Shown here: piece after piece, positions 25,160 through 39,044 of the stretch | Layout of the letters: the number at the start of each line of letters is the position of its first letter | Position numbering within the stretch: position 1 is the first letter of the stretch | Source: Octopus vulgaris | Taxonomy: Eukaryota | Assembly (NCBI GenBank): GCA_951406725.2 | Contig: OX597816.1 | Location: forward strand, 70,990,001-71,054,000 | DNA: 64,000 nucleotides | Direction of reading: 5' to 3' | The notes under the pieces: generated by a model | Told to the model about the DNA's origin: nothing | The model's database searches: none | Seen by the model: the letters and a program-made list of their open reading frames with translations, nothing else | Made by a program: the position numbers and the translations under genes

Positions 25160-25545
25160 CTCAGAACAAACTACTCCAAATATCACATTGATAAAAGCGC
25201 TGACTCGCCACAGTGAAGGATGTGTACCAGGCGATTCGAAGGTGAAATGTAAGGAAACAGAAAAGAGTGAGAAATACCAGCCATTACGGGGCGAGATAGG
25301 AAAGTTATGGGGCATGAGGAAAGGAATGGTGATACCGGTGGTAATTGGAGCATTAGGAACAGTTTCCAGGGGCTTTGAAAAGCATATTAAGAATATTGGA
25401 GCTGCTGTCAGGCTCGAGGTGATCTAGAAGACAGCATTGTTGGGTACAGCTCGCATTCTAAGGAGAGTATTGTCTCTTTGAGTCACAGGAGAAGGCACTA
25501 CTTGAAACCTATGGTGATTTGTTATTGCTTGCTTTCAAGTAAAGA
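25160..25545 (+). mobile_element. R4/Dong-clade 3' fragment, family 3
   Basis: VPGDSKVKCKETEKSEKYQPLRGEIGKLWGM...VIPVVIGALGTVS...KTALLGTARILRRVLSL. Confidence 0.85.
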
Positions 25546-25595
25546 ATAAGCGGTAATTTAGAACTATCCGCGAGTCTTTCAGAATAGCAATAATA

Positions 25596-25746
<151 letters not shown>

Positions 25747-25756
25747 TAATGAGATT

Positions 25757-25930
25757 CAATAATAAGGAGATTCAAATAGAATGTACGGTAGAACTCCTTC
25801 AGAAAATTTGTCTCTTAGGGACAGCAGGGATTATCAGGAGGGTTCTAAGCACTTGAAAGGCTGCTGAAATCTTGTGGATACCTAAGGCTACAGGTAGTAA
25901 CCCGCTACTCGCATAAGCACAATAAAATAC
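25757..25930 (+). mobile_element. R4/Dong-clade short 3' fragment, family 2
   Basis: KEIQIECTVELLQKICLLGTAGIIRRVLST; UTR ggatacctaagg.tacaggtagtaacc shared with ~23490-23515. Confidence 0.8.
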
Positions 25931-26974
25931 GGAAGGGAATTTATTACCGCTATGAAGAAGAATTGTTTCCACGATAACTCTTAAAGTATCCATAAGTAAT
26001 CCCCACTCATCCATTTTCTGTTCATAACCAACCACCACCCCATTACTGAATTAGTACCATTATAAAGCATAACACTCTCTATCCTTCATCAGAGAGTCGT
26101 TCTTTTAATTCATCATGGTGTGAGAAACAGAAACTTTAGTATCACGTAGCAGCAGATTCCAGTTTATTTTAATATTGAACCTAAAACTTCAGCCTACTTC
26201 TATTATAAATTCAAATCAATAACTAGGTAACTTAACCCTTTTGCGACAGTTTATATCGGTCATTTATAGAACAGGTAACCTGAAATGTTCAATAAGAAAC
26301 GTCTTTGTCGTTTCCATTGTGACAGTCTCTGGTTTCGTTTCATTCGTCAATTGAAGAAACCTGTTCAGGACGATGAGTTATCGGAAACTGATCAATGTGG
26401 GGAAATAGGGCTCTGGTTGGTTGGATCTGTTTTTTTTGTTTGTTTTTTTTTTCTTTTTGTAGACCTCATTTGCTTATGAAATGTCTTGGTACTCTCCAGC
26501 GTTGCGGATGGCTGATTCTCTTAAGACGACGCTTGTTTTCCTGAATTCACGCTCGACTGAATATTTAAAAACATAGCTTTGTTTTAATTTTGGTCCTTGG
26601 GCGAAGCCATTTCGATCAAAAACAAAGTCCAATTGATCAATTCTTGGTTGACGTCAGCAAAAAGTGTGGAAAAAGTATAATATATAATTTTACATTGATT
26701 TGAATAAGGGTTTCCAATCTCGGAGGAAGCTTGTTGCCTCAACTTTTGAGTTAACTTTTTATCTATCTATTATTTTTGTCTCTATTTGTTTTTAGTTGAA
26801 TTGAATAGACAGTTTTCTCATTCTTTTGTTTTTCTAGAATATTTAGTTGTAGTTTATATTTCTTGATAAACATATCTTCCTTGTTTAATCAGAATAAAAA
26901 AAAAGTAAAGATAGCTTCTCCAGTCATATCGAATTTCTTGGTTTCATGGCGTATACATTCGTCCTCAGCCACCT

Positions 26975-27490
26975 GGATTATTGCTTCCAACTATGGCCAC
27001 TCCACAGTGTAAAATTAACAGCAGAACTTGAAGCAATCTAGCGATGCTGATCGTCTCATTGCAACAGCTCAGCTACTGAGTAAGACTGAAACAGCTAAGA
27101 CTCTACTCTCTGGAGCGAAGATGGGAGAGATATTGCAGTAATATACATCAGGAAGACCCTGGAAGGGATTGTACCAAATTTTGGCATCGAACACTACACA
27201 AATGCCAGAACGGGTCAACACTGCACAGTGCCAAATATCCCAGCAATACCATCGCGCTTCAGGACCAGTTACTGCAACAGCCTAGGTTTCAAGGGCCCAG
27301 AGTCTTTTAATATTCTCCCAAAGTCCCTGAGGGACCTGCACAAACTGGATGTAGATGTTTTCAAAACGAAACTGAATCTCTTGCTGTCGAAAGTCCCAAA
27401 TGAACCTACCTCGCAGCAGGTGTCGCAAAAGAGGGCAGTGGCATTAAACTTCCTTATCCACCAAATGCCACACATCAGCGGAGGCTCTCA
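26975..27490 (+). mobile_element. CR1-group LINE 3' end (decayed)
   Basis: RLKQLRLYSLERRWERY...EGIVPNFGI...NSLGFKGPESFNILPKSLRDL...FKTKLNLLLSKVPNEP. Confidence 0.75.
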
Positions 27491-27591
27491 ATAATAACAA
27501 TGTAGCAAAACAGCGGTACCCCATCATGGCCGCAGCTTTGCGTTGAAACCGATAAAAGAAAAAAAAAGAAATATATATATATATATATATA

Positions 27592-27763
27592 TAGGCGTAG
27601 GAGTGGCTGTGTGGTAAGTAGCTTGCTTACGAACCACATGGTTCCGGGTTCAGTCTCACTGCGTGGCACCTTGGGCAAGTGTCTTCTACTATAGCCTCGG
27701 GCCGATCAAAGCCTTCTGAGTGGATTTGGTAGACGGAAACTGAAAGAAGCCCGTCGTATATAA

Positions 27764-27811
<48 letters not shown>

Positions 27812-28024
27812 ATGTATATATGTTTGTGTTTGTCCCCCCAACATCTCTTGACAATCGATGGTGGTGTGTTTACGTCCCCGTAACTTAGCGGTTCGGCAAA
27901 AGAGACCGATAGAATAAGTACTAGGCTTACAAAGAATAAGTTCTGGGGTAGATTTGCTCGACTAAAAGGTGGTGCTCCTGCATGGCCACAATCAAATGAC
28001 TGAAACAAGTAAAAGAGTAAAAGA

Positions 28025-28026
<2 letters not shown>
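27592..28026 (+). mobile_element. SINE family A, full length
   Basis: Near-identical to 14751-15160. Confidence 0.9.
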
Positions 28027-28071
<45 letters not shown>

Positions 28072-28090
28072 TACATACAGTTATATATAT

Positions 28091-28175
28091 ATGTACAGTT
28101 GTTTCAATTAATACTCAGTGAATTTTAAATAAATATCAAATTTATATGACCTGAGCATAATATCTTCAGGAAACC
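28091..28175 (-). ncRNA. Hammerhead ribozyme remnant, canonical core, stem I lost
   Basis: Minus strand: CTGAAGA tattatgctcag...ctgagtattaatt GAAAC AACT GTA; 3' side runs into microsatellite. Confidence 0.5.
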
Positions 28176-28413
28176 ATTCCTTCATGAGGTTAACACAACC
28201 TCTAATCGAATTTATATATATAAATATCTATTTTATTGTCATTCTCGTTTAGTGTCTTATTATTTAACACACCCATCGGCCCGATTTCCACTCATTTATT
28301 TAGTTATTCATTATTAAATTTTTTATTTATTTTTTCCTATATATATATGTGTGTGTGTTTGTGTGTGTGTACGTATGTATATGTATATGTATATGTATAT
28401 GTGTATGTGTATG

Positions 28414-28522
<109 letters not shown>

Positions 28523-28571
28523 CTTGGAGAAGAGAAATAGAGAAATAACGCGTGCGTTCGGTCATATAGTA

Positions 28572-28648
28572 ATATAATAAATAAATAAAATATATGCATA
28601 TATACATACATATATGTACATACTTACATCTACATGTATATATACATG

Positions 28649-28714
<66 letters not shown>

Positions 28715-29042
28715 TACAGGACACCACAAATAAACGTAGAACATAACGAGAGACGAGAGACCAGCTGTCCCTGGTTCGACTCAAAGTGTGTTTCGAAGGT
28801 ACTTTGAGTCGAACCAGGGACAGCTGATGAAGGGGAATTTTCCTTGTATTGTTTGTCCTGTACTCTGTTTTTTCGTTGTTTAAAAAAAGTCCGTTTCCTT
28901 GTTTGATATTATGTTCTTCTCTCTCATGTTCTACGTTTATTTGTGGTGTCCTGTACTCATATATATATATATGCATGTATATATACATGTAGATGTAAGT
29001 ATGTACATATATGTATGTATATATGCATATATTTTATTTATT

Positions 29043-29050
<8 letters not shown>
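28572..29050. repeat. Nested inverted repeats of a Penelope-like terminal remnant
   Basis: Outer arms ~28572-28744 / ~28927-29050; inner 26-bp hairpin cagctgtccctggttcgactcaaagt / actttgagtcgaaccagggacagctg (~28762-28826). Confidence 0.8.
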
Positions 29051-29082
<32 letters not shown>

Positions 29083-29133
29083 CATTTGCATATATATAAT
29101 ATACACTTATACGCTTATACACACACAAACACA

Positions 29134-29193
<60 letters not shown>

Positions 29194-29749
29194 CATATAC
29201 ACGCCTGCACACGTGGGTGATAGTAATAACTCAAATGGGAATGAATAAATTAAAAGCATAAACAAACGCATACACGTACATCCATCCATAAATGCATACA
29301 TGCACACCTACATAATAGATTTTTAAAAAAAGTTTAAAAGGCACAAGCATACAAATCTGAAAATATATAAGAAAAAAAGAAAAAGAAAAGAGAAAAGCAA
29401 TCAGGTTTGTGATGGCTGGATCGGAATCCCTTCGAGAAAGGAAACAAAAGATTAATTCGCATTTTGTCTTTTTCTTTCTACTCTCCTTCCCCCTTTCTGT
29501 TGTTGTTGTTGCACGACGTGTGTGTGTTTGCCGCCATTTTTAAGTTGAAATGCAACTCTGCTTTCGCTTCAGTCATCTCGAGCGACAGGTGGCACAAACA
29601 AAGGCCTGTAGGTGGAGTGGACATTTATTCTTTTCTTTCATTTATTTCTCAATCGGTTTCTTATTCTCTTTTACTATCTTGCTATCTCTTCTCATCTTGC
29701 TTATTCTCCTCTTCCCCTTGTGTCCCTTTGCCTTTGTACACACACACAT

Positions 29750-29785
<36 letters not shown>

Positions 29786-31047
29786 GCATGTATGTATGAT
29801 GTTCGTATTACTGTATATGTGTGTGTGTATATATATATATATATGCATGTGTGTATGGTGTTCGTATGACTGTATATGTGTGTGTATATATATATATATA
29901 TGCATGTGTGTATGATGTTCGTATGACTGTATATGTGTGTGTTTTTATATATATGTATATATAAATGCATGGATCTCTCTCTCCCCCCTCTCTCCCCTCT
30001 CTCTCCCTCTCCCATCTTTCTCCTCTCTCTCGCTTTTACAATGCATATTTGTATGTTTGTGCGTTCGTGTGCATGGCTGTGCGTTCGTGTGCACACATAT
30101 ATGTGTATGTATATACATATATATATATATGTGTGTGTGTGTATGTGTGTGTGTGTGTGTGTGTAAGTGTGTGTGTGTGTGCAAGCATATGCGTGTATAT
30201 GTATACATAAACGCATATATATATGATTGCGTATATTAATGTATATATACATGTATATATGTGTATATATATGTATACGTATACATGTATGTATTTATGT
30301 ATGTATGTGTATGTATGTATGTATGTATGTATGTATGTATGTATGTATGTATATATGTATGTATGTATGCATGCATGCATGCATGTATGTATGTATGTAT
30401 GTATGTATGTATGTATGTATGTATGTATGTATGTATGTATGTGTATGTATGTATCGGGTTGTATTGTCCAAGGTGTTCGTCATTAATTCAAGAAAGCAGA
30501 GTGTGATTTGAGCAAGATCCAACTGCTATTTCTTGCATATCGGCTGACCAGCTGGACCTCTCCTTTTAATACCGAGATCAGTCGTTATACATTGACCTTA
30601 CCGTATTCGTTAGGCAATGATAACGGGGAAACAATTCGCTTACCCTATCTTTTTTTGTCTCACTCCACTTTGTCAACCCTCACCTCTTCCTCTCTCTCTC
30701 TCTCTCTCTCTTACCGTGTCTCTCTGTCTATCTATCACTTGCGCTTTCTCTTCCGTTCCTTCTAAGGAAGTGATTGAGGGAGATTTGATATGAAGTAAGA
30801 GAAGTTAGCTAGGTGTCGGTTGCCTGTATAGATATACTTACATCAGCATCATTATAATAGTGATATATTTGAATATATCTTTTATGTTTTACTTTTTCAG
30901 TCATTAGACCACGGCCATGCTGGGGCACCGCATTTAAGTAGATAGATAGATAGGCTGACAGACAGACAAACAGATAAACAGACAGACAAATAGACAGACG
31001 GACAGCTAGACAGACAGACATGCAAACAGACAGATATATACATAAAT

Positions 31048-31185
<138 letters not shown>

Positions 31186-32511
31186 GAAGGAAGGAAGAAA
31201 TAGAGGAACGAATAAGATGAAGGAAAACAAGAAAAAGAAAGAACAAAAAAAGCAGTAACAGAAAAAAACGAATAGACGGGAAGCTTTCGACAGACGATGT
31301 GCTTGAGTGCGGCGTGTGTGCGTCTACGTGAAAAGATAAGTCTGTAGATTGCTGATGATAAAAAGATGGCGGTATTAGCGTTGGTTGTTGGCGCAAACAT
31401 AATGTAAGAAAAGTAAATAAACAATTTTAAGGAAAAAAAACAAAAAAACACTCAGACACGGGAATAATAAATACACCCATTCGCCATTTTTTTAATGTTA
31501 CCTATACCGAGACGTCAGTAATTATAGAATCCCTGCAACAAAAAGTCAAATTAGAAGAAAAAAATTCACTGTGCAAGTGAATTCTAAACCAATAGAACAA
31601 GTTGTGATTCATTCATTAGACCGAAACATCGTCTTTTTCTCTTCTTTTCTTCCTTTCTTTCTCTCTCTTGTTTACCGCTAAAGCTACATCCATTCATCAG
31701 ACACGGGTCCATTTTCTTTTAACAATATATAAACGTATGTAAATCAAGCCTCAGAAAATTACTCTGAGCGAGTCGGATTATTATTTCTATTATTATTCAC
31801 CGCGTTGTGTGAAATCCACGTAAGGCTTTCACTTGCGAGTTTGTCCAAAATGTTTACTTAATGTGACTTCGGTAATTCCAATTTATTTTTAGTGCTTACT
31901 TTTCTTTTTTTTTTTCTTTTTTCCGAAAGTGACCAAGCATCCGTCGAAGTCATCACCTTCTGCTTTCAATGAAGAATAATCTTCTAAGCTCCCTCCCAAA
32001 ATTTCTCGCTTTAAAACTTTTAGTAATTAAATCAAAAAAAGAAAAAAAAAACTAAACAAAGAAAGCGAAGTTGATTTAAAGAGGGATCAGGGTACGGCGG
32101 AGGAACATCTGAGACAATCTGGAGCCTCTAGATATTTGTTAGACCTGCTAGAAATAGCAACCAAATTCTCTTAAGTCACATCCAGTCGCCTGAAAATATA
32201 CACAGACATGCTGATCAACGCATATAAAAGCTCTTCGTACTTCAATTACACCGTTTGCGAGCAATGATATTTGCGTATCTTTTAAGGATACATTCAGAGG
32301 GAGATGTGCAATACCTGTAAGCCTTGCCAGCATTTCTATGACCAGTTTCAGAAAGCAAGAGTTGGCCCTACTTCTTGCAATATCTTGAGCTCTGCTACTG
32401 ACACTTAAAAGCCGGATGTTAATCAGGAGTAAAAGTTTAAATTTACTATTGTCTCGGGAAACAGAAAGATAAGTCTACTAATAATATCGCTTGTGGTATT
32501 ACTGCAGATGA

Positions 32512-33081
32512 CGCCGGGCGAAATGCTCGGCAGTATTTCATCTGTCGCTATTCAGAGTTCAAATTCCGCCGAGGTTGACTTTGCCTTTCATCCTTTCGGG
32601 GTCGATTAAATAAGTACCAGTTACGCACTGGGGTCGATATAATCGGTTTAATCCGTTTTTCTGTCCTTGTTTGTCCTCTCCGTGTTTAGCCCCTTGTAGG
32701 TAGTAAAGAAATAGGTATTTCGTCTGTCGTTACGTTCTGAGTTCAAATTCCGCCGAGGTCGACTTTGCCTTTCATCCTTTCGGGGTCAATAAATTAAGTA
32801 CCAGTTACGCACTGGGGTCGATATAATCGACTTAATCCGTTTGTCTGTCCTTGTTCGTCCTCTCTGTGTTTAGCCCCTTGTGGGTAGTAAAGAAATAGGT
32901 ATTTCGTCTGTCGTTACGTTCTGAGTTCAAATTCTGCCGAGGTCGACTTTACTTTTCATCCATTCGGGGTCGATTAAATAAGTACGAGTTACGCACTGGG
33001 ATCAATATGATCGATTTAATCCGTTTATCTGTCCTTGTTTGTCCTCTCTGTGTTTAGCCCCTTGTGGGTAGTAAAGAAATA
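32512..33081 (+). mobile_element. Head-to-tail trimer of SINE family M (alternative tail), 184-bp period, 17-bp TSD
   Basis: gagttcaaattc at 32555, 32739, 32923; ggtattactgcagatga at 32495-32511 and 33082-33098. Confidence 0.9.
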
Positions 33082-33205
33082 GGTATTACTGCAGATGATA
33101 TTAACTTCTTTCAGCCAACTTAATACTACCACCTAGCATCTTGGGTGCATTTAGCGAAGTCCACTCTGCAGCATTCATTTGGGCTAGGTCTTCAGTTTGA
33201 GTCTG

Positions 33206-33263
<58 letters not shown>

Positions 33264-35244
33264 CTGTCTGTGAGTCCCCGAATAGGATAATAATCGGTAC
33301 CTACTCTATTGACTCAGATATAAAAAAAAAAGTGGACTGCGGCTTTACCACTGCTAATCTCTTCACTACCGCCAACCCCTCACCTCTACTGATTTTAACA
33401 ACAGTATTTTCCCACGTCTAGCAATGAATGTAACGACAGAGTTGCAAGTACCGTCCTTTCTGAGACCTAATAAATTGGGCAAGGAACAAAAACAATAATC
33501 CTTGAGACTATGAGAAGCCTGTACGCAGTTATTCGACTTTCTGGAGATAACAGTTGAATTCCCTTACATCACATCCAATCGTCTGAAAGTATGACGGACG
33601 TGTTGGACAATCCTCGGTCAAAGCTGGCCAAAAGTTAAACAACAACAACAAAACTGTAAAAGCTGGCTCATTTACCAGAGCTGCAAGCAAGTATCTTACG
33701 AAAATATGAAAAAGTAAATGAAATAAGCAAGGAAGCTTGTCTCGTAAAATAGCTGAAAAGCATTCGTTGCACTTCACGCTGAAATTGTAGACCAAATAAG
33801 CCTACAAGCAATCATGGATAAATGCTTCAGAAAGAAGACCAGATGACTGGAGAACTTCATGCAGTTTCATGCAAAGAAGTGCTTGCAAAGTATCTGGGCG
33901 ACATACACGCCCATGGATTTTTATAGCGATAAAGATTTTACTCTCATTTCCATTTACATGTTCTAGCAAGTTGTGAATGTGACTTTGAGAGATGTGTCAC
34001 TGGCGATAAACAACTGAGAGTTATGAGACGAAGATGTGTCGGAAGAACAGCATATGATATTAGAAATTTTAATAAAAGGTTAAACCATGAAAACTTATCA
34101 GAGATTGACAGCAAAATTCGAGTGCAGATCGTACCAGAAAAATTTGAAAATTTCAACCACATAGAACTACCAAAGGTAAACCCATGTAGCAAGTAGCTAT
34201 TTTTAAATAAGTGCGCCAATTTGTGGTAGCTGGCAATATGACGTAATGTCGTATTGCCGAAGAAATATTATTGTCGTTTTTCCATTGGTTAATATAACTG
34301 CTCATATAGGATTTCTAAGAATTAGTTAAAGAATATTTGTATGTAATTTCGATTCTTTAAAGTCAAGTTGAGCAGTTATAAAAAACCCTGGATTTTGGGA
34401 AAAACTTCAGCGTTTGTTGGATGTAACTAAACTCCACGACACTCACTCCTTTGAGACATTGGTGATTTTTCATGCCATGTCCAAGGAAAATTCAACAAGT
34501 CTTGTTTGAATTGTTGAGATTTAATATTAGCTGAAATGAGAAATTAGTTAGTTAAAATATATAGTCGTAATTCTCTACGACGAAATTTACTTTTCTTCAA
34601 AATGTATATAATATAAAAATGCTATATGTATATAATAAAAATTAATGTAGAAAATGTTTTATCTTTCTTCACGTTCTTCAACTATATATAAAATGTATTT
34701 CTGTAATTATTAAACTGCATTTTTTTTTATAGCGGTTAAAAGAACACGAAAATATATTTAACATACATGCCCGCTAATGTTCGTTAGCGTTCCAGAAAGT
34801 ATATTTCTCCATGGCGTTTATATAGCTGTAGTTAGAAATGACGAATAATAACACTTATGTAAGTTATAAGTGGCGGTTTTATCATTATATATCCTTACTT
34901 TAAAAGCTAAATTATTTTATCTATTTCCAAATAGAAAACATAATAAGTAGCGTTGCATTAACTGTAAACAAACTAACTAGAAAATATACGCTATAATATA
35001 TAACGAAAGAGAAGCATGGTTGCTTAAACCGCTATACATACAACAATTTGTAGTAAAGGAAATAAGACTCAGGTTCCACATATGTGGTAGCACCAATTAT
35101 CTAAGGACATTCTGTTGACAGTAAATGCAAAATAAAGAAAAGCTCGTGCTGTTGCAAATACCACAATAATACAAAACATCAGTTGTAGCACTGCCATCAA
35201 TGCGATTCGTATTCCGAAATTAAAACAGCTGTAACTAAACCTCG

Positions 35245-36440
35245 GGTGGGGGTTACTTGTTTACATTGACATCAGTGTTTAACTGGCACTTATTTTATCG
35301 ATTTCAACTGAATGAAAGGCAAAGTCGGACTCGGCATAATAATTACCACCAAGCATTTTGCCCGATGCACTAACGATTCTGCCAGCTCACCGCCTTAAAA
35401 ACAACAGCAATAATAATGATTTCAAAATTTGGCTCAAGGCCGGCAATTTTGCGGGAGGAGATAAGTCGATTACATCGACCCCAGTGTTCAGCTAGTATTT
35501 ATTTTATCGTCTCTGACAGGATAAAAGGCAAAGTTGACCTCGGTGGAATTAGAACTCAGAAAATGAAGACGGACGAAATACCTATTTATTTACTACCCAC
35601 AAGGGGCTAAACACAGAGAGGACAAACAAGGACAGACAAACGGATTAAGTCGATTATATCGACTGGTACTTATTTAATCGACCCCGAAAGGATGAAAGGC
35701 AAAGTCGACCTCGGCGGAATTTGAACTCAGAACGTAACGGCAGACAAAATACTGCTAAGCATTTCGCCCGGCATGCTAACGTTTCTGACAGCTCACCACC
35801 TTTACAACAACAATAATAATATTTTCTACAATAGATACAAGTCTGAGTTTTTTTTCTTTTTTTCATGAGGGCGGGGGGATGTCTAGCCGGTTATATCGAC
35901 CCCAGTAATGAACTGGTACTTATTTCATCGACTTCGAAAGATGAAAGGCAAAGTCAGCCTCGGAGAAATTTGAAATCAGAACGTATAGACGGAAGAAATG
36001 CCTCTAAGCATTTTGTCCGCCACTCTAAGGTTTATGTCAGCTTTCTACCTCAGAATGGTTTCAAGTTATGACACAAGACTGGTAATTTTGAAAGAAGAGA
36101 AATGAATTACATCAACCCCAATATATGACTGGTACTTATCTTATAAACTTATAAAACTCGGTGGAAATTAAACTTAGAACGTAATGCGCCAGAAAAAATG
36201 CCGATAGAATTTTGCCCGAGGTACTAACAATAATTCTTTTTAATTTTGGCACGGGGTCGGAAATTTTGGGGGAGAGGGGGAAGTCGATTAGATCAATATC
36301 CGTACTTGACTGGTTCTCTATCTTTATTTTATTGATCCTGAAATGATGAAAGATAATGTTGGCTTCGGAAGAATTTGATCTCGGAACGAACAGCCAGAAG
36401 AAATTCCGCAAAGCATTTTAATCTGACGTGCTAACGATTG
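35245..36440 (-). mobile_element. Cluster of ~6-7 same-orientation SINE family M copies of differing divergence
   Basis: Recurrent ctggtacttat...gaaaggcaaagtc...gaatttgaactcagaac blocks. Confidence 0.8.
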
Positions 36441-37138
36441 TATCAGAATTGTAAAAGGCGTCTATTTTTATTAAATACAATGCAAATAATAATAAAAAAA
36501 AAGCAAAAGCGCCCTAGATCTATTTTGGTTTTGTTTTTGATGTAGTTTCTCCCCATACAGCACCAAAACAAAGCAAAAACAAAAAACAAAAAAAAAAAAG
36601 GCAAAACAGAAAATAACACTGTTGGCTTTGAAGAAACTCTGTTTGTTGAGGATGTTTTAACAACTAATTCCGTACTGTGAAGAGGAGGAAAAATAAGCAA
36701 AAAAAATCCAGATGATTTTGTTTCAAATGTCAAATAGAATACGTTCAATGTGAGTGAAGGGGAGAGGGGAAGAGGGGGTGAGATAAACTAACATCGATAA
36801 AATCAGTCCAATCACAACATCGGATTTAGATCGGAAGTGGTAGGGCGCCATTAGTAAATGAAAATAAATAAAAATTGATCAGGTATTTGGTATCTTGTAG
36901 TTGTTTGTTGTTATTCTTTTCATTGTTGTTGTTGTTGTTGTTGTTGCTGTTGTAGAAGTTGTTGTAGTTGTTCTTCTTTTTCTCCTCCTCTTTCTTTTTC
37001 TTTTTTTTTTCTTCTTAATCCTTCGTTGCCATTGAAATATCATTTAGTCGAATTTGCCACAGAGAAAGGAAAAACAGAGAAATACGCATGCGGACAAAAA
37101 TATATAATCATGCAAGCACACATATAGGTACAGTTATG

Positions 37139-37220
<82 letters not shown>

Positions 37221-37371
37221 GATGCATTCATTTATACATATACATACATATATTTATATACAAACACGTATATATACATATATATATATATATATGTATA
37301 TGTATAAATGAATGCATATATATATATATATATATTTATATACATACATACAAACACACACACACACACAC

Positions 37372-37402
<31 letters not shown>

Positions 37403-37529
37403 TGTATGTATGTATGTATGTATACTTATGCATATGCACACAATCAATGGAATATTATTTGGCCAAATATATGTGCTGACAACAGTAAGCAAAGATGGCG
37501 GTATATTTGTTCTTTTATTCTTTCTTTTT

Positions 37530-37725
37530 TTTTCTTTATTTGTCTCAGTCATTTGACTGCCGCCATGCTGGAGCACCGCCTTTAGTCGAGCAAATCGACC
37601 CCAGGACTTATTCTTTTGTAAGCCTAGTACTTATTCTATCGGTCTCTCTTGCCGAACCGCTAAGTGACGGGGACGTAAACACACCAGCATCGGTTGTCAA
37701 GCGATGTTGGGGGGGACAAACACAG

Positions 37726-37762
<37 letters not shown>

Positions 37763-37936
37763 TATATATATATACATATATACGACGGGCTTCTTTCAGT
37801 TTCCGTCTACCAAATCCACTCACAAGGCTTTGATCGGCCCGAGGCTATAGTAGAAGACACTTACCCAAGGTGCCACGCAGTGGGACTGAACCCTGAACCA
37901 TGTGGTTGGTAAGCAAGCTACTTACCACACAGCCAC
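37530..37936 (-). mobile_element. SINE family A, full length
   Basis: Reverse complement of 14751-15160. Confidence 0.9.
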
Positions 37937-38289
37937 ACATCTATGTACATGCATGTATGCAACTGTATGTATATATGTTTCTGAGAGTTTGGGTGTATGC
38001 ATTTTACGCGTGCTACATAATGTATGTGTTTATGCGTATGTATACATTAATATGTACGTACGTGTGTCTGCTTATACTAATCTATATATAGTTGTGTGTG
38101 TGTGTGTGTGTGTGTGTGTGCATATGTTTTGAATATGTGTAATTGAGTATATACTAATATGGCCGCATGTGTGTATACACATATGCCTATGTTTGTATTT
38201 GTCAGCGGCTTTTACGTGTGCCAAATTGTGAACGTACGTGCTTCCGCATACGTCTCTGTACTGTTGTATGTATATTATGAGTGTGCGTT

Positions 38290-38376
<87 letters not shown>

Positions 38377-38529
38377 ATGTATGCGTTGGCATGTGTGTAT
38401 GTGTGTTTATGAATGTGTCATCATAGAGCGATCGTGAGATAGCGTCATGGCACGTTTTAGCAGCAAGACAATTCTCCGGAGACACTGTTTTTTTTTTTTA
38501 TTATTATTATCTGCACAGCTTTGGTAAAT

Positions 38530-38845
38530 GCCAGCGACAACATTAGCAACAACAACAACAACAGCATCATAAACAGTAATAACAACACCGATGGTGGTAA
38601 CATCGGCAACGACAATAATAACTATTACAACAACAACAGCAACAGCAGCAGCAATAATAATAATAATAATAACAGTGACCATCAAAGCGGCAACAATAAT
38701 AATAGCTATAGAAGCAACAGCAACAACAACAACAACGGCAATAAAAAAAATCCCACAATAATCAAGGAAAAAAACGTCATTTACAAAGGCAGCAACAAGA
38801 ACAGAAACAACATCAGCAACAATTATAATTACTACTACTACTACA

Positions 38846-38921
<76 letters not shown>

Positions 38922-38972
38922 CTACTGCTGCTGCTGCAACAAGAACCCATTCACAGCAGCAGAAACAACAGT

Positions 38973-39022
<50 letters not shown>

Positions 39023-39044
39023 ATGCTGCTGCTGCTGCTGCTGT
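38530..39044. repeat. Compound trinucleotide array (AAC/AAT/TAC/TGC)
   Basis: Visible directly; gives the poly-N/Y/C/T ORF. Confidence 0.9.

Noticed and set aside
26232-26930. piggyBac relic (TTAA-CCCTT end)
   Set aside because: Only one terminus-like motif; no matching end or recognisable transposase
32220-32460. hAT dimerisation-domain relic on the minus strand (..FLKLV..RLTGIA)
   Set aside because: Resemblance too weak to support by eye
33640-34230. Possible exon or decayed transposase
   Set aside because: Frames are interrupted by stops and I recognise no motif
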